Of a stretch of DNA of 64,000 nucleotides, positions 44,966-53,032 are shown in pieces. Under the pieces are notes generated by a model that saw nothing but the letters and a program-made list of their open reading frames with translations, was not told the origin of the DNA and ran no database searches. Source of the DNA: Deltaproteobacteria bacterium (GTDB lineage: Bacteria; Myxococcota_A; UBA9042; PHBI01); assembly GCA_020632715.1 (NCBI GenBank), contig JACKFA010000007.1:14462-78461 (forward strand), written 5' to 3'. The stretch's first letter is position 1. Each line of letters begins with the position of its first letter. Both the position numbers and the translations under genes were made by a program.

Positions 44966-45889
44966 ATGACGACGACGACCCTCCCGTGCTCCCAGGCCTC
45001 CCTCGACGTCGGCGAGCCGATCTACGCGACCGCGGCGGAGAAGACGGACGTCTGGCTCCTCCTCGAGCATGACGGGCAGTGGGCGCCGAAGGTGCTCGAG
45101 AGCCCCGGCCTCGCGCCGCGCACGCGCGCCTGGCTCGAGGAGTTCCTCGCCGACAACCCGACGGCGCGCGTGCAGCTCATCCGGAGAGGGCCGTCGCCGA
45201 ATCGGGATGACAAGCAGCGCTTCTTCTTCGCCACGACGGGCGAGGACAACGCGGCGATGTGGTCTTTCGGGTACACGGACCCCGCCGAGCTCGAGAAGAT
45301 CGACCTCTACGCCCTCCTCGAGAGCCCGCGGGCGCTGCCGGAGAGCCGGCGCTTCCGGCCGCTGTTCCTCGTCTGCACGCATGGTAAGCGCGACGCCTGC
45401 TGCGCGCGGCTCGGGCCGGCGATCTACCAGGCGCTCCAGCCGGAGTGGGAGGACGAGGTCTGGCAGACCTCGCACATCGGCGGTCACCGCTTCGCGGCGA
45501 CGATGCTCTGCTTCCCGCACGGCCACTGCTTCGGGCGGCTCGACGCGGCGGTCGCGAGGCGCGTGGCGAGCGGGTACGCGGCGCGGCGGCTGACGGATCT
45601 GCTGCACTACCGCGGGCGGTCGACCTACGCGCGCCCCGTGCAGGCTGCGGAGTACTTCCTGCGGCAGGCGACGGGATCGTACGCGATCGACGCGCTGCAC
45701 TACTCGCGCGGCGAGCTGCTCGACCCGGACCGGTGGCGGATCTGCTTCTTCGACAAGGCGTCCGGCGAGACGCACGAGCTGACGATCGCGCGGGTCGTGG
45801 GCCCGGACCGGGCGCCGGCGAGCTGCGGCGAGGCGCCGAAGCCGGTCGACAGGCTCGTCCTCGAGAGCCACCGGCAGCTGACGTCGTAG
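44966..45889 (+). CDS. Sucrase/ferredoxin-like (thioredoxin-fold) family protein
   Basis: ..LFLVCTHGKRDACCARLGP.. and ..HIGGHRFAATMLCFPHGHCFG.. are typical of the Suc_Fer-like family. Start is at MTTTTL (44966). Confidence 0.65.
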   Translation: MTTTTLPCSQASLDVGEPIYATAAEKTDVWLLLEHDGQWAPKVLESPGLAPRTRAWLEEFLADNPTARVQLIRRGPSPNRDDKQRFFFATTGEDNAAMWSFGYTDPAELEKIDLYALLESPRALPESRRFRPLFLVCTHGKRDACCARLGPAIYQALQPEWEDEVWQTSHIGGHRFAATMLCFPHGHCFGRLDAAVARRVASGYAARRLTDLLHYRGRSTYARPVQAAEYFLRQATGSYAIDALHYSRGELLDPDRWRICFFDKASGETHELTIARVVGPDRAPASCGEAPKPVDRLVLESHRQLTS

Positions 45890-45900
45890 CGGGCTCGGTC

Positions 45901-46230
45901 GCGGGCGGCCACGAGGGCCGCCCCTACGGGGATCGGCCGGACGCGGGCGGCCACGAGGGCCGCCCCTACGGTGATGGGCTGGACGCGGGCGGCCACGAGG
46001 GCCGCCCCTACGGTGATGGGCTGGACGAGTGCCGCCCCTACGGTGGGGGCCGCGTGGCGCGGGCGGCCACGAGGGACGGCCGTAGGGTGGGGCTTCACGC
46101 GGGCGGCCACGAGGGCCGCCCCTACGGTGAGGCTTCACGCGGGCGGCCACGAGGGCCGGCCATACGGTGGGGGCTGGCGGCCACTAGCCAGGGGCGTGAG
46201 CATCGGTAGGGGCGGCCCTCGTGGCCGCCC
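45901..46230. repeat. REP-like array: about seven direct copies of a 43-bp unit (GCGGGCGGCCACGAGGGCCGCCCCTACGG + 13-14 nt), closed by one inverted copy
   Basis: The hairpin core GGCGGCC-ACGAG-GGCCGCC is self-complementary. The same unit is found at 9968, 10069 and 10387. Confidence 0.7.
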
Positions 46231-46365
46231 TCAGGCACCCCACCGTCGACGCCCGATCGCCTTGACGTAAGCCTCGGGAGCCCTGCGACTCCGGCCCCCC
46301 GAGTCGGCCGCTGCGCGGCCTTGGTCGGGGGCCTCCGTCTCCGGTCTCCCGAGGCCCGATCGCAG

Positions 46366-47325
46366 CTACTTCGCGGCCGCCTTCGCCTTCTTCGTGAGCT
46401 CGGCCGCCCGCTCCGGCGCCGCCTCGGCCGCCGCCGCGTAGAGCTTCGGGAGCGTCGTCTTCACGCTCACGAGCCCCACCTGGAGCTTCAGCGACTGGCC
46501 CTCCTGCGTGATCGCCCGCACCGCGAGCGCCTTCGCGCCCGGCGCCACCTGCGCCGGCTGCGCGAGGACCGTCAGCGGCTGATCCGTGTCGGCGCTCGCC
46601 TTGCCCGTCAGCGTCGCGATCGGCACCCGCGCCCGCGTCGTGACCTCCTCGAGGTAGTACTCCACGCCCACCACCGTGCCGCCCTCGACCTTCGCGGCCC
46701 AGGTCACCACGACGTCGTCCCACGGCCACGCCGCGGAGGCGTCGGTCACGCCGAGCTTCTTCACGGTCTTCGCCACCGTCTTGTCAGACAGGATGCTCAT
46801 CGGCAGATCGGGGTTCTGGTCGTCCATCCCGCCCGCCGCCGTCACCGTCGCGCCCGGCTTCCCCGTCGGCACCGCGAGCGGCGTGCACGCGCCCTCACCC
46901 GCGCACAGGAAGTAGGTGCGCCCGTCCTTCGAGAAACCGCCGGCGATGGCCCACGTCGCGTGCGACACACCCGCCCAGCCGTCGATCTCCGCGCACGGCG
47001 CCGGCCACGTCGCGAGCGCGCCGTCCTCGCCGGCGGGCGCCGGACCCTCGCCCCGCGGGGCGTCCTCCCCAGCGACCAGCACCTGATCGCAGCCCTCGTA
47101 CCCCATCGCCTCGAGCGGGCGCTTCGGCGGCTCCGGCGCCGGCGGCTCGGGCTCCGGCGCGACGACCGGCGGCGGATCCGCGGGCTTCTCCTGCTCGCGG
47201 ATGGTGGTACAGGCGCTCGCCCCGAGAAGGGACGGGAGGGCGAGGGAGGCGAGCCAGACACGACGAGACCGAAGGGACAGCTTCACGCGCAGCTCCGAAG
47301 GCGAAGGATGGCGCACGCCGGTCAT
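46366..47325 (-). CDS. Lipoprotein with a Pro/Glu-rich linker, function unknown
   Basis: ..LASLALPSLLGASAC lipobox. High GC3. The GTG at 47286 is an alternative start. Confidence 0.5.
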   Translation of the reverse strand: MTGVRHPSPSELRVKLSLRSRRVWLASLALPSLLGASACTTIREQEKPADPPPVVAPEPEPPAPEPPKRPLEAMGYEGCDQVLVAGEDAPRGEGPAPAGEDGALATWPAPCAEIDGWAGVSHATWAIAGGFSKDGRTYFLCAGEGACTPLAVPTGKPGATVTAAGGMDDQNPDLPMSILSDKTVAKTVKKLGVTDASAAWPWDDVVVTWAAKVEGGTVVGVEYYLEEVTTRARVPIATLTGKASADTDQPLTVLAQPAQVAPGAKALAVRAITQEGQSLKLQVGLVSVKTTLPKLYAAAAEAAPERAAELTKKAKAAAK

Positions 47326-47476
47326 CCGGCGAGCGGGCGAATACTTGAACCCAAACCCAGGGCTTGTATACGGCGAATCGTCGTCGATCCCCGCGCGACG
47401 GCCCAGGGCGCGCCTCGCCCCGCGCTCGCACGCGTCGCGCCACGAAGTGAACGTCGTTCACGCCGCCGCGGCCCGC

Positions 47477-49381
47477 TCAGGCGGTGGTCGCCTCGCGCTC
47501 TCGCGGCATCGCCCGCGCGATGATCTCCGCCATCGTCGCGAGCCGGTACGGCTTGTGGAGGAGCCCCTGCGCGCCCGCGTCCATGAGCCCGCGCACGGCC
47601 TCGTCGTTGCCGAAGCCCGTGCAGAGCACGACGCGCACGTCCCGATCGAGCTCCCTCAGCGCGTGGAAGCAGCTCTCGCCGTCCATCTCGGGCATCACGA
47701 GGTCGAGGAGCACCAGATCGAACGGCGGGTGCGCGTGCTCGAACACCGCGATCGCCTGGATCCCGTCGTTCGCGGTGACCGCGGTGTAGCCGAGGCTCTC
47801 GAGCATCCGCGCCGCCACGCGCCGCGCGACCTCCTCGTCGTCGACGACCAGGATCCGCCCCCCCGACGCCGGCGTCGCGGCGCGCGTGAGCGCCGCCCGC
47901 GGCACCTCGTCGCACGCCGGCAGCAGCACCGAGAAGGTCGTCCCCTTCCCGCGCTCCGTCTCCACCGTGATGGCGCCGCCGTGGTTCCGCACGATGCCGT
48001 ACGCCATCGCGAGCCCCATCCCGGTGCCGCGCGTGCCCTCGCGCGTGGTCACGAACGGCTCGAACAGCTTGTCGCGCACCTCGTCCGGGATTCCGACCCC
48101 CTCGTCGATAACGTCGACGAGGACGTGCTCGGCGCCCGGGACGCCGTCCGCGGCGACGTGACGCACGCGGAAGGTGAGCGTCCCACCGTCGGGCATCGCG
48201 TCGCGCGCGTTCAGCGCCATGTTGAAGAACACGAGCTGGAGCTGGTTCGGATCGCCCATGACGACGGGCGTCTTCTCGGCGCGCTCGTGCACGACGCGGA
48301 GCCGCTTGTCGAGGCTGTGCTGGAGCAGCTCGATCAGCTCGTCGACGAGGTCGTCGAGCTGGACCGGGCGCGTCTCGTACTTGCCCTGGCGCGCGAAGCC
48401 GAGCAGCTGCCGCGTGAGGTTCCCCGCCTGCTGCGCGGTCTCGATGATCGTCTGCGTCAGGCTCTTGGCCTCGTCCGGGAGGCGCGCGTCGAGCAGCAGC
48501 AGCTCCGCCGAGCCGAGGATCCCGACGAGGAGGTTGTTGAAGTCGTGCGCGACCCCGCCCGCGACGCGGCCTATCGCCTGCATCTTGCGCGCCTGGAACG
48601 CCTTCTCGTCGACCCGCTTCCGGTCGGTGATGTCGACGAACGTGACGAGCGCCCCGAGGAACTCGCCCGTCAGCGGCCCGCGCACCGGGACCGCGGTGAA
48701 GATGGCCCACGCCATGGTGCCGTCCGGTCGGCGGACGCCGATCGTCAGCGGCGGCTGCGGGCGCTGCGTCCCGAGGCAGCGCGCGACGGGGTAGTCTTCC
48801 ACGGGGCAGGGCTCGCCGTTCTCGTAGAACGTGGCGGGAGCGAAGTCCTCGATGTAGCGCCGCGTGAGGACGTCGTAGCTGAGCCCGAGGAGCTCGCGCG
48901 CGACCGTGTTCGCGACGCGCACGGCGCCCGCGGTGTCGACGAAGACGACGCCGCCAGGGACGTTGTCGATGATGGTGCGCTTGAGCTGGCTGTCCGCGTC
49001 GAGCTGGTGCTCGGCGAGGTCGGGCACGTCGATGGGCGTGAGGAAGCCGGTGACGACGGCCTGGCCGTCGGCAGAGGGCACCACGCGCCCCTGGTCGGTG
49101 ACCCAGCGCACGTCGCCGTCGTGCCCGATCCACCGGTACTGCAGCGCGAAGCGATCGCGATCCGGTCCGAGCGATGACAGCCGCTCGAGCACCAGCGGGC
49201 GGTCGTCGTGGTGGATGTACGACGCGAACGACGCGCGCGGGCCGTCGGGCTCGAGGCCGAGGCGGCCGACGTCGCCCACGAGCGCGTCGAAGGCCGCGTC
49301 GAAGGAGGCTGGCCGACGGTACACGAGCCCGGGCAGTCCAACAGAATCCGGCGCGGCGGCTGGCGTGTCCCACAGGCCCAT
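47477..49381 (-). CDS. Hybrid sensor histidine kinase/response regulator (PAS-PAS-HisKA-HATPase_c-REC)
   Basis: H-box ..VAHDFNNLLVGILGSAELL.. ATPase N, G1 and G2 boxes (..FFNMALNARDAM.., ..DEGVGIP.., ..GTGMGLAM..). Receiver ..ILVVDDEEV...LVLLDLVMPEMDG... The alternative start at 49435 adds 18 aa. Confidence 0.8.
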   Translation of the reverse strand: MGLWDTPAAAPDSVGLPGLVYRRPASFDAAFDALVGDVGRLGLEPDGPRASFASYIHHDDRPLVLERLSSLGPDRDRFALQYRWIGHDGDVRWVTDQGRVVPSADGQAVVTGFLTPIDVPDLAEHQLDADSQLKRTIIDNVPGGVVFVDTAGAVRVANTVARELLGLSYDVLTRRYIEDFAPATFYENGEPCPVEDYPVARCLGTQRPQPPLTIGVRRPDGTMAWAIFTAVPVRGPLTGEFLGALVTFVDITDRKRVDEKAFQARKMQAIGRVAGGVAHDFNNLLVGILGSAELLLLDARLPDEAKSLTQTIIETAQQAGNLTRQLLGFARQGKYETRPVQLDDLVDELIELLQHSLDKRLRVVHERAEKTPVVMGDPNQLQLVFFNMALNARDAMPDGGTLTFRVRHVAADGVPGAEHVLVDVIDEGVGIPDEVRDKLFEPFVTTREGTRGTGMGLAMAYGIVRNHGGAITVETERGKGTTFSVLLPACDEVPRAALTRAATPASGGRILVVDDEEVARRVAARMLESLGYTAVTANDGIQAIAVFEHAHPPFDLVLLDLVMPEMDGESCFHALRELDRDVRVVLCTGFGNDEAVRGLMDAGAQGLLHKPYRLATMAEIIARAMPREREATTA

Positions 49382-49702
49382 ACAGTTTTTTTTGTAACAG
49401 ACGTCCGACGCGGAGTCACGCGCCCGTCGTGCCATCGTGAACGGGACCCCGCCGCGAACGGGGCGGATCTCCGGCGCTGTGTGAAATGACCCAGCGGCGA
49501 GCGCAAACCGTGAACGGAGTTCACGTCAGCCGCCAGGAGCGCGCCTGCGCGTCGTCTGCGCGTCACCGCGCCCGCCGAGGCCGCGGCACGGGGTGAGCAC
49601 GCTTTGAGCAGTCATCCGTCGACCGTGGCGGCGGGCGCCGTGGTTCACTCCAGCGTGGCGCCGCGCTCGCCCGCGCCGGCGCACGTCGCGCAGGGAGACA
49701 CC

Positions 49703-52700
49703 ATGAGAGCTGCATTGACGCGTCCCCGCTGGGTCGTCGCCGTCTGCGCCATCCTGGTCGCGGGGCCGGCTTGCGGTGACAGCGAGACCGCCGGGGTCGA
49801 CGCCTCCGCGGCGGACAGCGTCGCGACCGACATCGTCACGGACACGACCAGCGAGGAGCTCGACAGCGGCGACACACCGCCTGACGCCGTCGCGGACGGC
49901 GACGGTCCCGAGGACACCGACCGCGCCGACGTCGAGGAGGTCGCGGAGGACGTCGACGTGGCCGACGGCCACAGCCCCGACGCCGACGTGGACCCGACGG
50001 ACAGCGGCGCGGCGGACGCCGACGCCGACGACGCCGCCGACGCCGACACGGACGTCGCCCTCGACGCCGACGCCGGCGCCGACGCCTCCGGCGAGGACGT
50101 GGCCCCCGACGCCGACGAGGACGCCGGCGACGCCGTCGCGGACGGTGACGACGGCGGCGACACCGCCGTGGCCATCGACTGCGCAGAGCAGGACACCGCG
50201 TGCGTCCGCTTCGTGCGCGACGGCGCGAGCGGCGTCTGCGTCCCGATCGATCGGCCCCCCGGCACGGTCTGCGACGATGGCGACGGCTGCACGCTGAACG
50301 ACACCTGCGCGAGCGGCGTCTGCGTGCCCGGGACCGCCCTCGCGTGCCGCCCGCCCGGCCCCTGCGAGGGCCCCGGCGTGTGCGCGCCCGCGACGGGCAC
50401 GTGCGCCTTCCCGACCCTCGACGACGGCGTGACCTGCGGCGACGGGGATCCGTGCACGACCGACGACGTCTGCACGGGCGGGATCTGCGCCGGCACGGCC
50501 CGGGACTGCGACGACAACGTCGCCTGCACCCTCGACGCCTGCGATCCGGGCGCCGGCTCCTGCGTCCACGACCCCGCGCCGTGCGAGTGCCAGAGCGACG
50601 ACGACTGCGACGACCACGACGATTGCACGGGTGACGAGACGTGCGACCCGGACCTCGGGACCTGCGTCGCCGGCACGCGCGTCGATTGCTCGCAGTTCGA
50701 CACGGCCTGCCTCCGCGGGACATGCGACCAGGACGTCCTCGGCTTCTGCACCGCGGTGCCGCGCGACGACGGCCTCCTCTGCGATGACGGCAGCGGCTGC
50801 ACCGTGGATGACGCGTGCCACGACGGGATCTGCTGGGGCGTGCCGCGGAGCTGCCCCGCGGGCGGCCCGTGCGGCGCCCCGGGGTTCTGCGACCTGGACA
50901 GCGGGGTCTGCGCCGCCGCGCCCGCCGAGGGCAGCACGTGCAGCGACGGCGACGCCTGCACGACGGTCGACACGTGTCAGGGCGGGGCGTGCGTCGGCGA
51001 GGGCGCGAAGGTCTGCCCCGCCGGTGACGCCTGCCGCTTCCCCGCGACCTGCAACCCCGTGTCCGGCGCCTGCAGCCAGACGAACCGGGCCGACGCGACC
51101 CCCTGCGACGACGGCGACGCGTGCAGCGTCGGCGACGCGTGCTCCGGCGGCGTGTGCGCCCCGGGCGCGCCGATGGCCTGCCTCGAGGGCGGTCCCTGCG
51201 CGGTCGACGCGCCAGGCGCCTGTGAGGATGGCGTCTGCCAGTACGAGCACCGGGCCCAGGGCTCGCGCTGCGACGACGGCGATCCCTGCACCCTCCGCGA
51301 CGCGTGCGACGCCACCGGCGGCTGCGTCGGCGCTCCCGTCACGTGCACCACGCCGGGGGCAGCCTGCCGCGTCCCGGTCGGGGTCTGCGGGGCGACCGGC
51401 GCGTGCGAGTACGCGGCGGCCGATGACGGCACCGGCTGCGACGACGGCGACGCCTGCACCGACGACAGCTGCCACGGCGGGGTCTGCGTCGGCGCGCCGG
51501 TCGTCTGTGACAACGACGATCCCGACTGCACCGTCGTCGCCTGCGTCGCCGCCACGGGCTGCGTCCCGAGCCCGCGCTACGACAACGCCCGCGGCGACTT
51601 CGCGCGCGTCCTCGCGGCGAGCACCGCCACGACGGCCACCCACACGCGCCTCGACGACGGCACCATCGCCATCGTCGGGACCCTCACCGGCGCCACCCAG
51701 TTCGCGCCGACCCTCGTCCTCGCGACCGGCGGCGCGGCGCAAGGCCTCTACCGCGTCGACCTGCCCCCCGGCGGGAGCGTCGCGACCCGCGGCGTCGTGT
51801 TCGCCGAGGGCGCGGTGCTCGCGGCCGACGTGGTGCTCCCCCAATCGGACGCGGGCCTCATCGTGGCCGGGTCGTTCAACGGCGCGGTCCGGTTCGGGAC
51901 GGGCGAGACCGGCGTGGACGCGGCTACGAGCGGGACCGTCGAGAGCTTCGTCGCGCGCTTCGACGCCGATGGGCACGCGCTCTGGGTGCGCCTCATCCGC
52001 GGCGGCATCCTCACGGGCGTGACGAGCGGCAGCGTCCACGGCGCGAACGGCAACGTGGCGTTCGCCGGGATCAGCGCCCTCGCCCCCACCTTCGACGGTG
52101 TCGAGCCCCCGACGACGCTCGCCGGCGGCGGCACCTGGGTCGCGGTGTACGGGGCCGACGGTACGCTCATGATGGCGACGCGAGCGGCCTCCGTGGCGAT
52201 GGCGCGGTCCGTGGTGAGCTACGTCACCGGGACCCGGGTCCGCCTCGTCGGCGTGTGGGACGCCGCCTCGGTCGTCGTCGGCTCGGGCCCGACCGCGACG
52301 ACGATCTCGCGGTCTCCGAACTTCGGCGGGGCGAAGGAGGGGCTCCTCGCGGTCTTCGAGCTCGACGGCGCGGTCGCGTACGCGCGCTCCGTGTTCGGTG
52401 ACGTGGGGGCCGGCCGCCTCGCGTATCTCGGGACGGACAGCGCGGTGGGGGTCGCGGCGTTCACCGTGGGCGCCGTCGGAGCGGCGACCCAGGGGCTCCC
52501 GTTCGCGGTCGGCGGCACCGACGACGTCGCGCTCTACACGTTCAACGACGCCGGCTCGCCGCTGAAGCAGGTGGTCATCGGCGGGAGCGGCCAGCAGGAG
52601 CTCCTCGGGCTCACGAGCGCCGGCGGCTCCGAGCTCGTCGCGCTCGTGCGGAGCACCGGGGAGCTCGCGATCTGGGCGCAGGCGTCGCACGGCCCGGGCG

Positions 52701-53017
52701 CCCCGACGACGGCGCCGACGTTCACCGCGTCGTCGGCGTCCGACGAGGTCTTCATCCTGAAGTGCCGTGCCGACGGGAGCCTCGTCTGGGCTCACTCCCT
52801 CGGGCTCTCGGGGGCTGGGCTCCTCGCGACCGCCGCGTCCCAGCTCACCCTCGACGAGGACGACGGCGCGGCCTTCGTCCTCACGGGGCACCTGACCGGC
52901 GCGACGACGGCGCTGGCCTCGTCGCCCTGGCCGCTCGCCCCGAACGGGACCGCGGCGACCACCTTCGTGATGCGCGTGGACTCCGAGGACGCCTGGGAGC
53001 AGTGCGTGGCAGACTGA
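49703..53017 (+). CDS. Large lipoprotein with at least 12 Myxococcus-type cysteine-rich repeats (C-x-DGD-x-C-T-x-D-x-C-x-G-x-C) and a C-terminal region of about 480 aa, possibly a beta-propeller
   Basis: MRAALTRPRWVVAVCAILVAGPAC lipobox and an acidic D/A/E-rich spacer. Repeats such as CDDGDGCTLNDTCASGVCVPG and CDDGDPCTLRDACDATGGCVGAP. Confidence 0.75.
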   Translation: MRAALTRPRWVVAVCAILVAGPACGDSETAGVDASAADSVATDIVTDTTSEELDSGDTPPDAVADGDGPEDTDRADVEEVAEDVDVADGHSPDADVDPTDSGAADADADDAADADTDVALDADAGADASGEDVAPDADEDAGDAVADGDDGGDTAVAIDCAEQDTACVRFVRDGASGVCVPIDRPPGTVCDDGDGCTLNDTCASGVCVPGTALACRPPGPCEGPGVCAPATGTCAFPTLDDGVTCGDGDPCTTDDVCTGGICAGTARDCDDNVACTLDACDPGAGSCVHDPAPCECQSDDDCDDHDDCTGDETCDPDLGTCVAGTRVDCSQFDTACLRGTCDQDVLGFCTAVPRDDGLLCDDGSGCTVDDACHDGICWGVPRSCPAGGPCGAPGFCDLDSGVCAAAPAEGSTCSDGDACTTVDTCQGGACVGEGAKVCPAGDACRFPATCNPVSGACSQTNRADATPCDDGDACSVGDACSGGVCAPGAPMACLEGGPCAVDAPGACEDGVCQYEHRAQGSRCDDGDPCTLRDACDATGGCVGAPVTCTTPGAACRVPVGVCGATGACEYAAADDGTGCDDGDACTDDSCHGGVCVGAPVVCDNDDPDCTVVACVAATGCVPSPRYDNARGDFARVLAASTATTATHTRLDDGTIAIVGTLTGATQFAPTLVLATGGAAQGLYRVDLPPGGSVATRGVVFAEGAVLAADVVLPQSDAGLIVAGSFNGAVRFGTGETGVDAATSGTVESFVARFDADGHALWVRLIRGGILTGVTSGSVHGANGNVAFAGISALAPTFDGVEPPTTLAGGGTWVAVYGADGTLMMATRAASVAMARSVVSYVTGTRVRLVGVWDAASVVVGSGPTATTISRSPNFGGAKEGLLAVFELDGAVAYARSVFGDVGAGRLAYLGTDSAVGVAAFTVGAVGAATQGLPFAVGGTDDVALYTFNDAGSPLKQVVIGGSGQQELLGLTSAGGSELVALVRSTGELAIWAQASHGPGAPTTAPTFTASSASDEVFILKCRADGSLVWAHSLGLSGAGLLATAASQLTLDEDDGAAFVLTGHLTGATTALASSPWPLAPNGTAATTFVMRVDSEDAWEQCVAD

Positions 53018-53032
53018 CGCGCAGCGCGCCGC

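Noticed and set aside
45901-46230. CRISPR array?
   Set aside because: The units are contiguous 43-bp repeats whose inter-core segments are nearly identical. There are no unique spacers and no cas genes nearby.
45445-46270. ORFs 45445..46209 +, 45700..46110 -, 45971..46270 + and 44930..46150 - with HEGRPYG-type repeats
   Set aside because: These are translations of the 43-bp REP array, not genes.
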